From: a virus
Lineage: Duplodnaviria; Caudoviricetes
DNA: 62,125 nucleotides
IMG/VR virus record: IMGVR_UViG_3300023174_000172
Span: 1-62,125 of that record
Strand: one strand, 5' to 3'
The notes beneath the pieces were generated by a model. The model saw nothing but the letters and a program-made list of their open reading frames with translations, did no database searches and was not told the origin of the DNA. Position numbers and translations under genes: made by a program. The number at the start of each line of letters is the position of its first letter. The first letter of the stretch is position 1. This document shows, piece after piece, positions 41,404 through 52,649 of the stretch.

Positions 41404-42173
41404 TATAAAATCCTTTCAATCACCCAATCACAATCTTTTACTGTTAAAAATATTGTTTTTATTTCTTTTTCAGATATGTCTTCAAAATTACTTCTAATTA
41501 TTGCTTGAATATAACGATTGGTCGTTGTTGTTTTAGTTTCAGGATATAAACAAGTTACCGATACTTCTTGCTGACACGGAGTTCCTTCACAACCCAAACA
41601 ACTTACTTCAGAACCATTACATGTTGTTGTCGAATTTAATCTTTGGTTTTGACAATTTATAACAGTAGTTTTTGTACCCTGAGAAACACAATTAGCTATA
41701 TCGGAATTTATTGTATCATTTATTGTTAATTTATTGCTTATATGGTTAACATAATAATAAACTACGGCTTTTTGGTTTTCTATATAATTGGGTCGTTGCG
41801 AAGAAGAACTTTCAAACATAGGATAAACACTTTTAAATTGATTTATTACACTGTTTATGGTTGATTGATCATTAGATTCGGGAAACCGATAAACATTGGA
41901 ACTAATAAAAACAATAGGTTTTATCCATTTTGCACTATTAGTCGAAACTATTGTTACCATAGAATCCCACAATGGTTTTCGATCATAAAAAACATCGGTT
42001 ATAGATTTTATTATCTTTTGATTTTGTTTAAAAAAATTAGAATACGGGATTAAAAATTTATTAGTATCAATATTTAATTTTTGTAAAGTCGAATCAATTA
42101 CATCAAAATTTATATTTATGGCTGATAAAGAATCACCAACAAATTCAAAATTTTCTATATTTAAAAGTTGCAT
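41403..42173 (-). CDS. Structural protein, paralog family member 2
   Basis: [14 protein letters not shown] motif; Cys-rich segment near C-terminus. Confidence 0.7.
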   Translation of the reverse strand: MQLLNIENFEFVGDSLSAININFDVIDSTLQKLNIDTNKFLIPYSNFFKQNQKIIKSITDVFYDRKPLWDSMVTIVSTNSAKWIKPIVFISSNVYRFPESNDQSTINSVINQFKSVYPMFESSSSQRPNYIENQKAVVYYYVNHISNKLTINDTINSDIANCVSQGTKTTVINCQNQRLNSTTTCNGSEVSCLGCEGTPCQQEVSVTCLYPETKTTTTNRYIQAIIRSNFEDISEKEIKTIFLTVKDCDWVIERIL

Positions 42174-42185
42174 ATTATTTATATT

Positions 42186-44060
42186 TTATCGATATATCCA
42201 ATTTCCATTGTTATTTGTAAATGTTATATAGAAAGTTCTATATATCGATCTATCGGAAATACCCTTTGTATAATTAATATTTATGGTTTTATCACCGGAT
42301 AGTTTACCGCATTCAACCGTAGCATATTTATCTTCCGGTACAACATCACAATTATTACAAATATCACAACCATTAATATTATCTGGTTTAATTTCAGGTA
42401 AACATTTTATAAACCATTCAATATTACCATCAAATCCAATTTCATTAGGAATATCCTGTAAACTATACCACGTAACCCTACCAACAATTTCGGCGTAATC
42501 AGTAGAAACATCACTCCTTTGACTAGTATACGCAGACATATTTACTGTACCACCAGCCGAAACAGTATTTATAGTTTTTGTTATCTCTGTTTTAGATGTT
42601 AAAAAATCAGTAACCGGAACACCATTTAAATACAGTTGATTATCAATTGTTCCTTCAAATTTAAAACTAGCCGGATAATCAAAAGGATTTGTAAGATTAA
42701 TCATGTCATATAATCCATCATTAGGTCCGGTTATAAAAGTATTAGGAATCATTTTTACAAGTTTAAATGTAGGAGCAACATTATCTAATATTCGATTATC
42801 ATTATATGAAGAATCATTAAAAAGCATATCTATAGCCCCACCATTATGATTAAATTCATGAAACCATGCTTCTCCTTGATTAGCAGTAGAGGCATTTCTA
42901 ACAGCATTTATAGGATCGGTATAATCTAAATAATCTGTATAAAATGTATTAGAACCATTCATTATTTTAATAACCGGAACACCAGACCATCTATTTCCGG
43001 TTGACCAAGGACTCATAGCTCCTTTAACATATACCAATCTATATCTACCAGCACTAATGTTACCAAAAAAAACAGGTGTATTATTAAAAACGTTTAATGA
43101 TTTTTCGGATATTGTTTCGCCTATAGAATAACTTCCGGTGAATGCGGAATTCCTTTGAGGAGATGCTTGTTTTTTTACCGAAACATCATCTATAATTGTT
43201 CTAGTAACATCGGTAAATATATCATAGTTTAAATATAAAGTTTTTTTAATTCGATCTATTTCAACATCTATATCGGTATCCAATTCTAAGGTTTTGCTTG
43301 ATATGTCGAGATTTCCTAATTTACCAGTTCCACTAATTCTAAATCCTTTTTTTAATCTAGCACCATATTCAATATTAAAAGAAGGATTTAAAAAATTAAT
43401 ATCAAAAGAATTACTTTTTATATTACTTTTTATGTTTGTTTCTGATGCTATAGTGTTTATATATTCTAATTTTGTTTTATTGATACAATATTCATTTGAA
43501 ACACAACATGTTCTAGGAGAAACATTATTACATTTTTCACATTTTTTAGTTGCACTATTAAAAACAGTACATTTTTCATCGTAAGATTTTTTAAAATTAA
43601 ATGTATTATATTCGGGTTTTGTTAAATTTAGTGATATATTTATTTTTTGATTTTGGCTATAATCTTTTGACGGAAAATTGGTTTCTAACCAATGTACAAC
43701 ATTATCTTTAACCGCATCAGTATATAAATACCATCTATCAAATTCTATTAAAGTTGGATATATTAAATATATAGGAGAAGAATTCCATTTTTCTTTATAG
43801 GTATTAATAGTATTATAAGCACTATCCCATTTAGCACTAAATTGATTAACATATGTTAAAGTATTAAAATATTTTGAACTATTGCTTTCAAAAAAAGTAT
43901 AAAAACTTTGAAACATATCATAATATTTTTGAATATTATTAATCTGAGCAGACAAATTTTTAAAATTTGTGTTGACTATATTTAGAGAATCAGAAAGACA
44001 AAAATCATGATCTATTAAATATATGTTAGAGCATTCTTTATTTATTTTTTCTGTTTCCAT
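42186..44060 (-). CDS. Structural protein, paralog family member 1, with large insert
   Basis: DFCLSDSLNIVNTNF motif, SAKWDSAY, two Cys clusters bracketing a beta-rich insert. Confidence 0.7.
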   Translation of the reverse strand: METEKINKECSNIYLIDHDFCLSDSLNIVNTNFKNLSAQINNIQKYYDMFQSFYTFFESNSSKYFNTLTYVNQFSAKWDSAYNTINTYKEKWNSSPIYLIYPTLIEFDRWYLYTDAVKDNVVHWLETNFPSKDYSQNQKINISLNLTKPEYNTFNFKKSYDEKCTVFNSATKKCEKCNNVSPRTCCVSNEYCINKTKLEYINTIASETNIKSNIKSNSFDINFLNPSFNIEYGARLKKGFRISGTGKLGNLDISSKTLELDTDIDVEIDRIKKTLYLNYDIFTDVTRTIIDDVSVKKQASPQRNSAFTGSYSIGETISEKSLNVFNNTPVFFGNISAGRYRLVYVKGAMSPWSTGNRWSGVPVIKIMNGSNTFYTDYLDYTDPINAVRNASTANQGEAWFHEFNHNGGAIDMLFNDSSYNDNRILDNVAPTFKLVKMIPNTFITGPNDGLYDMINLTNPFDYPASFKFEGTIDNQLYLNGVPVTDFLTSKTEITKTINTVSAGGTVNMSAYTSQRSDVSTDYAEIVGRVTWYSLQDIPNEIGFDGNIEWFIKCLPEIKPDNINGCDICNNCDVVPEDKYATVECGKLSGDKTININYTKGISDRSIYRTFYITFTNNNGNWIYR

Positions 44061-44061
44061 T

Positions 44062-47000
44062 TTATAACCATTCTAATTTATTTAAATTTGTATATGAAGG
44101 ACTTATTTTACCAATAACATTTTTCAATGAATTTTCAAATAAACTCTTTTGATGATCGTCTAATTTTAAATTGTGTATTTTAATATTAAAATATTTAGAT
44201 TTTGAACCAGTTAATTGCATTTTAAACCAATGTGTTATTTTTTCTATATAATTTCTTTCCCCTACCGAAATATTCCAATTTAAATCCTTTATCTTGTCAG
44301 AAATACTATTTATATTATATAAATTTCTACATTGATTATTTGTTAAGGCTCTTGAATATATACTAATATCTTTTACATCTCCTATAAATTTATAAGATTC
44401 TTTTAAATTTAAAACATCGTTTAATACTTTATTTTTAATCGTTGCCGCACCCAATAATAAATTTGATCTATAATCAAAATATAGGCTATATTTTTGTTTT
44501 TCAAATTTGACTGATTCTACTTCTACGCCGTCAATCAAACTTTTAGCACAACCATTTAAAGAATCAAATACAAAGGTAAATTGATGCCATCCCTTATAAA
44601 GATTTTCTGTAGAATGGTTCAAATTGTATAATCTACTATCTAAACTATTTGGTTGTGCTAATTTAAATTTCCAACTAAAATAACTGCCCGATTTTTCAAA
44701 TTTTCTTAAATACTGATAACCTGTAAAATCACCTTCAGCATAAAATTTAAATGTTGATGATTGTGTAAATGCTCTTAACGGTATTTTATTTAATAATTTA
44801 CCAGATTGACTCATGATATAACACTGATTTTCAAAAACATCGATAATAATCGCAACATCGTGCATATCCCCTAAAGAATTTTTAGGAATTCTTAAAAAAT
44901 TTATGGTTCTTACTGTTTTGTTTTCTTTAAGGAACGATATCAGACAATAATTTTCGGGTAAATTTGTTCTAATTCCCAATCTATGTGTAAACTCAAATAA
45001 ATCTTTTGTTACATTTAATTTGGTTATTTTATCTTGATCGTGTAGTATCCACAAATTATTAAAATCATCAAAACTCATTTGATTTATTGTTCCGATGGTT
45101 CCATATATTTTTTTATTTTTATATAAATTATTACCCAGTGCTTCCCATAATACACCATCATTATCGATAGCAGATATGTCGCTTACAGATAAAACAATTT
45201 GATTAGAACTATTAATCTGAAATCCTTCCGACCCTAAATATTGATAATTCAAAAATTCGCCATTAGGATTTAATATAACCACATTTTTAGTACTTTTATC
45301 GAATATATATAAATTTTCGTATTCATCGATTTCTACCTGAGTTATATTATTTAAATACTGTTTTAATATATCCGAATTTGTTGTAGTTTTTAATATTTTT
45401 CCTTCTATATCGTATTTAACTGCCACCAAATTATAACAGTCAAAAATCCAGCAATCAAAATTAGAGAGTCTTTGTATTATTTTATTTTGAGCTTTGGGTA
45501 AACTATTTAAAATTGTATTATTGATAATATTAATTTTATAATTTGAGGTTATACCCATACCGCTTACATTTTCAGATAAAGTAAATGTTGGTGTAGTTAA
45601 AGATGACCCGTTTATTAAACCGTAACCACTATCATAAAAATTACCAAATATTTGATTACCTTCGATTTTTTTCCAGTCTTTTACATTTATCCACAAATTA
45701 ACCGTAAATTGTTCAGTATTCAACAATTCTTCGGTTGATGGAAATACTGCATGATTTTGACCGTCTAATACCAAATAAGAATTTTTTAAATTTTCTATTT
45801 TATTATAAAATAAAGTACCATTATGTTTATATACAGAAAAATCTTCTAGAATATCAGAATTAAAACTAGTAACATTTAATAATAAAGTATTACCGTCAAC
45901 ATTTTCACTTTTTACATATGAATTTACATAAGAATTTAAAATGTTTTCTCCTATTCTGTAATAACTATACCTAACGCCCGGTTCCAAATACATCTTAGAC
46001 GGTTCATCCCAAACATAATCTTTTGTTGGGTCATATTTATCATGATAAGTTTTATAAGATGTTAATGCTGAGTCATGTGTATAATAAGCGGCATTGTAAT
46101 ATCTATCTATCCACATCTTTTCATTATTTTCGTTTCCACTTAACCATGCACAGGCCCATGTTCCATCATATTTATTAAAACTCTGTGGAGGAGTAAATTC
46201 TAAAGTAGGCAATATGTCATTATAATCAATTTTATTTAAAAATACCTTATCAGATTCAAATGGTATTTTTCCGGCTATAGCACCGTCTTCTATTAACCCC
46301 GAATCTTGTATGTGTAATTTATCAGCAAAAATAGGATAAAAGAATTTAGTATTTTCATCTGGTTTAAATTTTAATTGTTTTGTTTTAGACGTATAATCCA
46401 AATAAACATTTTCATACCCGCCTTCTTGATTCGTACCAGTAAATAATTTTTCATAATTTCTACGAATCCATTTACTATCATATCCACTATAACCATTACT
46501 ATATTCATATTCGGCAGTTTGATAGTTTTTTAATCCATGTATATAAAACGGATATTTTAAATCTTTTTGAAATTTATATGGATACATTATAATATAATTT
46601 TGTTTATATTTTTCAGATTCGGTATCCTCTATATATTTTAATTGATCAGGTGTATTTTCGATAGGATTGTTATCATACCGAACCATAAATTCTTTTGTAT
46701 TCTTTAAAAGTGATTTTGATTTTTCATATGAATAAAAACCAAAATAATATTTTTTATTATTAAAAAATACATCATCATCGTTATAGGCTTTTATAGATAT
46801 AGGAACAGAAGAAGCGTCTATATATTTTGTTTTATTGGTATTATAAATAAATAAAATTATATTGTTATCATTCAGAATATAATCAAATTTTTGATATTCC
46901 GATCCGACTACATAATAACTAAAATTTATTTTGGTTAAATTTTCATTATATGTTAAATAGTTATTATTAATATTGGCTATTTTGACATAATCATCTTCAA

Positions 47001-47370
47001 AAATAAATTTTAAATTGTCATTTTTGTTTGCTATATTATTAGTTTTTAAATATAAACTGCTTAATTGAAATTGAAAAATATTACCATCTAAATTTATCAA
47101 AGGACTTTCTATTTCGGTTAATTCGGTTTGAAATGGTTCATTATATTCAAATATATCCGAATTAGTATATAAATTAGATAAAAAAAATCCGGTTTTATTA
47201 TTAAAAGAAAAATCTTTAGGTTTTTTTAAAAAATCATATAGATAAAATTTTAAACCATTATCAAAACAAATTTTTTCTTTTTTAAAATTATAACCTTCTG
47301 AAATAGGTTGAAATTCAAAATTATATTGATTTATAGCTGAAAATGAATTTAAAATTGTAAATCGAGTCAC
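44062..47370 (-). CDS. Large structural protein with LamG/concanavalin-like domain and beta-propeller
   Basis: FTVNLWIN ... GWHQFTFVFD..LIDG..LLLGA..FIGDVKDISIYSRALT; GTG start. Confidence 0.72.
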   Translation of the reverse strand: MTRFTILNSFSAINQYNFEFQPISEGYNFKKEKICFDNGLKFYLYDFLKKPKDFSFNNKTGFFLSNLYTNSDIFEYNEPFQTELTEIESPLINLDGNIFQFQLSSLYLKTNNIANKNDNLKFIFEDDYVKIANINNNYLTYNENLTKINFSYYVVGSEYQKFDYILNDNNIILFIYNTNKTKYIDASSVPISIKAYNDDDVFFNNKKYYFGFYSYEKSKSLLKNTKEFMVRYDNNPIENTPDQLKYIEDTESEKYKQNYIIMYPYKFQKDLKYPFYIHGLKNYQTAEYEYSNGYSGYDSKWIRRNYEKLFTGTNQEGGYENVYLDYTSKTKQLKFKPDENTKFFYPIFADKLHIQDSGLIEDGAIAGKIPFESDKVFLNKIDYNDILPTLEFTPPQSFNKYDGTWACAWLSGNENNEKMWIDRYYNAAYYTHDSALTSYKTYHDKYDPTKDYVWDEPSKMYLEPGVRYSYYRIGENILNSYVNSYVKSENVDGNTLLLNVTSFNSDILEDFSVYKHNGTLFYNKIENLKNSYLVLDGQNHAVFPSTEELLNTEQFTVNLWINVKDWKKIEGNQIFGNFYDSGYGLINGSSLTTPTFTLSENVSGMGITSNYKINIINNTILNSLPKAQNKIIQRLSNFDCWIFDCYNLVAVKYDIEGKILKTTTNSDILKQYLNNITQVEIDEYENLYIFDKSTKNVVILNPNGEFLNYQYLGSEGFQINSSNQIVLSVSDISAIDNDGVLWEALGNNLYKNKKIYGTIGTINQMSFDDFNNLWILHDQDKITKLNVTKDLFEFTHRLGIRTNLPENYCLISFLKENKTVRTINFLRIPKNSLGDMHDVAIIIDVFENQCYIMSQSGKLLNKIPLRAFTQSSTFKFYAEGDFTGYQYLRKFEKSGSYFSWKFKLAQPNSLDSRLYNLNHSTENLYKGWHQFTFVFDSLNGCAKSLIDGVEVESVKFEKQKYSLYFDYRSNLLLGAATIKNKVLNDVLNLKESYKFIGDVKDISIYSRALTNNQCRNLYNINSISDKIKDLNWNISVGERNYIEKITHWFKMQLTGSKSKYFNIKIHNLKLDDHQKSLFENSLKNVIGKISPSYTNLNKLEWL

Positions 47371-47378
47371 TTAAATAT

Positions 47379-48044
47379 TTATTCAAATATTTGGAAATCG
47401 TCTAAAAAAATAAAGTTATTATCAGGAACAATTAAAACAACATTATCAATCTCCCAATTTTTTTTAAATTTTAAATTAGAAGTATATAAATTATTTTCGT
47501 TAAACATAAAGGTAATATTATATGTATTAGTATCTATATTGTAACAGGAATTAAAACAATCTATAGAAGAAATAAAGTTACCCGATAATGAAAAAGAAAA
47601 CATATTTTTTCTAAAAAAATCACCACTATCAATATTATAATTTTTAAAAATTAAAACCATTTGATTTTTATCATCGTTATACGAAGATACCTGAACATTA
47701 AAGGTTTTCAATTCCCTATCCAGTTCGTCATACCAATATGTTATTTTATTATTAGCCGACAGAGATGTAAAATTGTTTTGATATGATAAAGGATATGGAA
47801 CATTATTTATCATTTCATATTTTTCTATAAAAAATCCATTTTCAGTTTCAAATATTAAATTGTCTTCTATAACATCTAATTTTTTTAAACTATTATCATA
47901 AAATTGATTTGAAAAATCAGGATCAATAAAAACATATTTTTCAGAAAAAGCTGACAATGCTTGATTTATATAATATTTTTTACCGTTGGCTTGTTTAAAC
48001 CAAGCTTCCCCGATTACATTTTGTTTTTGATATATTGTTAGCAT
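47379..48044 (-). CDS. Hypothetical structural protein
   Basis: 221-aa ORF tightly packed in the operon. Confidence 0.6.
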   Translation of the reverse strand: MLTIYQKQNVIGEAWFKQANGKKYYINQALSAFSEKYVFIDPDFSNQFYDNSLKKLDVIEDNLIFETENGFFIEKYEMINNVPYPLSYQNNFTSLSANNKITYWYDELDRELKTFNVQVSSYNDDKNQMVLIFKNYNIDSGDFFRKNMFSFSLSGNFISSIDCFNSCYNIDTNTYNITFMFNENNLYTSNLKFKKNWEIDNVVLIVPDNNFIFLDDFQIFE

Positions 48045-48045
48045 T

Positions 48046-51000
48046 TTATATATTTTCTTCCAATTGATCTATTTCTAATGAATCGTAAAACTGAGTAAAC
48101 AATATAGAATATTTTTCGGTTAAAATATTAGGAGTATGACTTTTAAATACACCAAATTCATTTCCGTATATATCAGTTTTCCAATCACATAAAACTCCAA
48201 TATTGCACATTAAAGTATTAACCTTTAATAAAAAATTCTCTAGAGATAGTTCATTTTTAATATTTAGTTTAATATTTTTATCTTTCCAATTCAAAGGCTC
48301 TATCGGAAACCACAATTCTAGATCGTCGTCCTGTCTAGAAATACCGTAATATTGTTTTCTTTTATTTTCATAATCGGTATGATATGGTACAAGTTTTTGG
48401 TAAGCATATGGTTTTTTTATCATACCAGATTTATCAGAATTATATTCGTAATCAGAAATCCAATGATTATTGATCTCTTTTATATCCGATATTGTATATT
48501 GATCTTTTTTACTCAATCCTCTATATCTGCCACTGTATTTATTTAAATCAAAATATATTCTCTCTGAACTTAAAGAATCTATCATATCAATTTTATTATT
48601 AGATATTTCTGAAAAATATCCCTTACCTAGATAAAAAGAAGCTCCTAATCTTTCGGGTAATAGATATAACCCCTTTTCCTTTTCAGATACAAGATTTTTT
48701 GGAAATTGTGAAACAGCTACAGTAGGAAAGTTTATATTTAAAAGATTGCTATAAGGATTTTGGGGTTCTATGTAAATACCTGTATTATAAACAACAAAAG
48801 AATTTAAATCTCTTTCAATATATCTTAAATTTTCATTATAAACAAAAGAATTTCTAGCATAATAATTATATTTGGTTGGATAAAAGGAAGAGTAACTTTC
48901 TAATAAAATATCACTATCTATATCAGTAGCAACCGCATATTTTTCAATACTATTATTTTTTAAAATTTCGTTTAAATTTGATGGTATTTTTTTAAATTCT
49001 AATTTTTTCCACCTATTAACATTTTCGGTTGTTGTGTAATATATCGGTTGTTTCCAGTTTAAATATATTTCCTTTCTTCTTTTATAGGTTAAAAAATTTC
49101 CTTTATCTAATTTTAAAGTAGAAATTTCAGGTTGGGTTAAAGGAACATATTCATTTTTAAATCTCAAATGTCCTGCAAACATGGAAGTTTCTTTATTAAA
49201 AAGATTAGATTCATCAATATCAGTATAAATTTTAGCCCAAAATGGTTTAGCTCCAAAACTTGGTCCTATTGCTATAGGAGAAAATGTACCAGACGCATAA
49301 TCCCAACCATTTAATTTTGCATTTATAGTAAATCCGATAGAAGGTAAAATAAATTCACTATTGTATCCATTATATATTGTAGATGGTCGATGAATATATG
49401 CCAAATAATCACCGGGTCGAATTACCATGTCACTTTCATCCAAACTTTCAACCCATTGTCCTAAATTGTTTTTAATCATTTTTTTCCAACGAGGAGTAAT
49501 AGGTCCACATGTATCATTAATAGTTCTTTGTATCAAATATTCGACAAAAGATTTTATATCTCCTTCACCATTAACTAAATATTTTTGTAAATTAAAATAA
49601 TTTTGTTTTTTTGGATAAACAATTTGTTCCATTAGTGCATTAGAATTAGAATATTCTCCAACATCAATAGCACAAATATCAACATTTTTTAAATTTGTTT
49701 TTATATATTCTTTTATACTATCAGCATTATAAATTTTACCATCAATGTCTTTTAAAGTTGTTACCGCACCATCACTAAATATTATTAATTTTTTCTTAGC
49801 ATCTGGTCTAGGGTCATTTATGGAATATATAGCACTAGTAGAACCCATTACAATTTCTTTACTTACATCTTTACATAAATTTTTAAAATTAACGGATTGT
49901 CCCTTAATATTTGGATCATATATTTCATTTTCATTTAAAATATAATTTGTAAAGGAAAGAGCATCATATAAATTTGTAACAAAATTTGGATATGATTTAG
50001 GTTGTTCTATTCTATTTAAACTTATTTCAATTTCTCCTGAATTTTTTGTTAGATAACTAATAACATATGAATCTTTAGAGAAAGCAATTACCGAAATTTT
50101 ATAATCTAATGCTGTATCATTTAATATTTGTGAACAAAAACTGTTTATAATTTTTTTATTTTGTTCAAAAGCATTAGTTTGACTTCGAGAAATATCTAGT
50201 AAAATTACAAGATCGGCTTTTGTATCGGTGCTACAAAAACTGTCACTATGATAACCTTTTATATCTTTATAATTATATTTTATAATAAAATAAGGAGATG
50301 TAGCACCGTCTAAATCAGATCTTAGTGATGTTCTCCAGTAGGTATAACGTCTACCTGTTTTTAAAACCATTCTATCACCCGAACCAGTTTTCCAATATCC
50401 TTTACCCCAACCAACACTTTTATTATTTTCGGTTAATCTATAATATGAAAATTGTGGGCTTGTTTCTACATCAAGTCCTCTAGTATCCTTCCAATTATTA
50501 AATGTAAAATATTCACCCAACCCGTCAACATCATGGAATAACATGTCCGTCATATTATTATAGTCAAAAACACTATCACCCGCATGACCGATAGGCGAAT
50601 AAATAACCGATTTACAGCTACATTTGGTCCAATTTTTTCGGTTGTTTATTGGAATATTATTTATAAAATCTTGATCTGGATATAAATCGCTTGAATTTTG
50701 TTTAAATGCACAAGAATCAGAATGTTCATAAAATTTAAAAACATCATCAGCATATGTATCAACATCACCCCAAATAAACGATATTTTTTTACCAGCATCA
50801 GCTTTAAATGATAATGAAGATTGTATCGGGCCACTTATATATTTTGAACACTTATTAGCAGAATCATTATAAATCTTTATGCTATTGTGGTATTGATCTA
50901 AATTGTCGGTCGAGCTACTCTTTAAAAATGCAGCTTCGATTGGTTCACCTGTTCTGGTATTTAATTTATATATTATATCAGAGGAATCAATGGTCAGTCC

Positions 51001-52620
51001 GGCAACAGATCCCACAAAATTATTAACCGACATTTCTTTTAATGTTATAGGTATACAAGTATCTTGCAATATAGTTACCGGAAAATTATCATTCGGCTCA
51101 TAGGTTATATATGGCCAATAAATATATGTTAATTCTTTTAATATAGGCAAATCGGTTTTTTGCATTTTATATAAAAAAGCCGCTTCGGTTAAACCATCGG
51201 TAGAATCGGAATGCAAATTATTTGTATTTAAATATGAGGGTTGTTTTATTAAAATATCAGAAGAATCCGATAAAATTTCAGCATAAGCACCTGATTTTAC
51301 TAGTGATGTATTATTAATATACATACTTTCTATGTTAATATCGGGTAAAGTAGAACTATAATAAGATTCCAAAATATTATTTTGTTTTTCTTTATCTAGA
51401 AAATAAAAATTTTTTAGTTGTTCGTCGGTTAAAGAATATCGATTAAAATTATTTCCGATTTCAGATAGCTCAAACCCACAATAAGGATATATAAATTCTC
51501 TTTTTTCACCAGCCAATATTTTTATAGACATGGTTTCGTTTATTTCTTTTATTTTATTACCCTGAAACCATGCACCGTCAATACCACTATTTTTTTCGGC
51601 AAATAATAGATCAGAATTTTTATAATCGGTTCCTCCGGTTGCACCAGAAGAAAGAAAAGATGAGTTATTTAATAATATAGGTTCATAAAAATTTGAAAAA
51701 TCATCTAAACGAAATGATTTATTACCACTAGGCCAATAAAACCAATTATTACCATTTGCTACATTTAGAGAAAAACTAAAATCAGGTGTATTTACTTCTT
51801 TAAGTCTGGTAGCGGTTAAACTATAAACAGTTTCCCCTAAATATTTTCTGGTCAATTCCGCCGAATAATTTGCTTTATTAGTAGAACTTAAAATATCTAT
51901 TTCGGTGTATTCTTTAAATGTTTTAGATAATACATCACTCGAAACCTTTTCAAAAAAACGAGTACTTAACAAATTTACTAATTCATTAATATCAAAATTT
52001 TCAAATGGAGTTTCTGCTATTAAACTTTCAATATCATGATAATTGGTAATATTTACAGATGGATCGGAATCGTAATAAGAATTAGGATCATGCAATTCCT
52101 CAATTTCTATATAAAAATCGTCTTTAACCTCATATAAATCAGGTAGAAATTTTTGTATAGCTAATGTCGGAATTTGGGTTAAATTATTTTCTTTTTTTGT
52201 AAAATTTTTTAATATATATTCGTATAAAATATTTTCTAATCCTAGACTAGAACCAATCGAATTATATTTAATTTTTGTGTTTTTAATATTTTCTCTTTTA
52301 GATAATAAAACCCTAGATATTTCTTTTATCTTTGTAACAAAATAAGGAATATTATATATTACATCTTCTTCACTATCAAAATTTATATCATTTAAAAATT
52401 TATTTTTTTCTTCCTCGGAAAAAAGATATAGTAAATCTTTTAATAATTTTATATAATTTTCTTTCAATGTTTTATTAGTCTGAGAATAAAAAACAGTTCT
52501 ATTGTTATACCATGATTTTAAATAATTTTTATATTTATCATAAGAGTTTCCAGATACATCAATTGCTTGTAAATTTGTCCATTCTTTAAAGGTGTATGGT
52601 TTATTTGTATCTAAATTCAT
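48046..52620 (-). CDS. Large structural protein with von Willebrand factor A domain
   Basis: DLVILLDISRSQ (MIDAS DxSxS), ISVIAFS, TNLYDAL, LIIFSDG. Confidence 0.78.
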   Translation of the reverse strand: MNLDTNKPYTFKEWTNLQAIDVSGNSYDKYKNYLKSWYNNRTVFYSQTNKTLKENYIKLLKDLLYLFSEEEKNKFLNDINFDSEEDVIYNIPYFVTKIKEISRVLLSKRENIKNTKIKYNSIGSSLGLENILYEYILKNFTKKENNLTQIPTLAIQKFLPDLYEVKDDFYIEIEELHDPNSYYDSDPSVNITNYHDIESLIAETPFENFDINELVNLLSTRFFEKVSSDVLSKTFKEYTEIDILSSTNKANYSAELTRKYLGETVYSLTATRLKEVNTPDFSFSLNVANGNNWFYWPSGNKSFRLDDFSNFYEPILLNNSSFLSSGATGGTDYKNSDLLFAEKNSGIDGAWFQGNKIKEINETMSIKILAGEKREFIYPYCGFELSEIGNNFNRYSLTDEQLKNFYFLDKEKQNNILESYYSSTLPDINIESMYINNTSLVKSGAYAEILSDSSDILIKQPSYLNTNNLHSDSTDGLTEAAFLYKMQKTDLPILKELTYIYWPYITYEPNDNFPVTILQDTCIPITLKEMSVNNFVGSVAGLTIDSSDIIYKLNTRTGEPIEAAFLKSSSTDNLDQYHNSIKIYNDSANKCSKYISGPIQSSLSFKADAGKKISFIWGDVDTYADDVFKFYEHSDSCAFKQNSSDLYPDQDFINNIPINNRKNWTKCSCKSVIYSPIGHAGDSVFDYNNMTDMLFHDVDGLGEYFTFNNWKDTRGLDVETSPQFSYYRLTENNKSVGWGKGYWKTGSGDRMVLKTGRRYTYWRTSLRSDLDGATSPYFIIKYNYKDIKGYHSDSFCSTDTKADLVILLDISRSQTNAFEQNKKIINSFCSQILNDTALDYKISVIAFSKDSYVISYLTKNSGEIEISLNRIEQPKSYPNFVTNLYDALSFTNYILNENEIYDPNIKGQSVNFKNLCKDVSKEIVMGSTSAIYSINDPRPDAKKKLIIFSDGAVTTLKDIDGKIYNADSIKEYIKTNLKNVDICAIDVGEYSNSNALMEQIVYPKKQNYFNLQKYLVNGEGDIKSFVEYLIQRTINDTCGPITPRWKKMIKNNLGQWVESLDESDMVIRPGDYLAYIHRPSTIYNGYNSEFILPSIGFTINAKLNGWDYASGTFSPIAIGPSFGAKPFWAKIYTDIDESNLFNKETSMFAGHLRFKNEYVPLTQPEISTLKLDKGNFLTYKRRKEIYLNWKQPIYYTTTENVNRWKKLEFKKIPSNLNEILKNNSIEKYAVATDIDSDILLESYSSFYPTKYNYYARNSFVYNENLRYIERDLNSFVVYNTGIYIEPQNPYSNLLNINFPTVAVSQFPKNLVSEKEKGLYLLPERLGASFYLGKGYFSEISNNKIDMIDSLSSERIYFDLNKYSGRYRGLSKKDQYTISDIKEINNHWISDYEYNSDKSGMIKKPYAYQKLVPYHTDYENKRKQYYGISRQDDDLELWFPIEPLNWKDKNIKLNIKNELSLENFLLKVNTLMCNIGVLCDWKTDIYGNEFGVFKSHTPNILTEKYSILFTQFYDSLEIDQLEENI

Positions 52621-52649
52621 CGGTTTAATTATTTATTTTATTTTATTTT

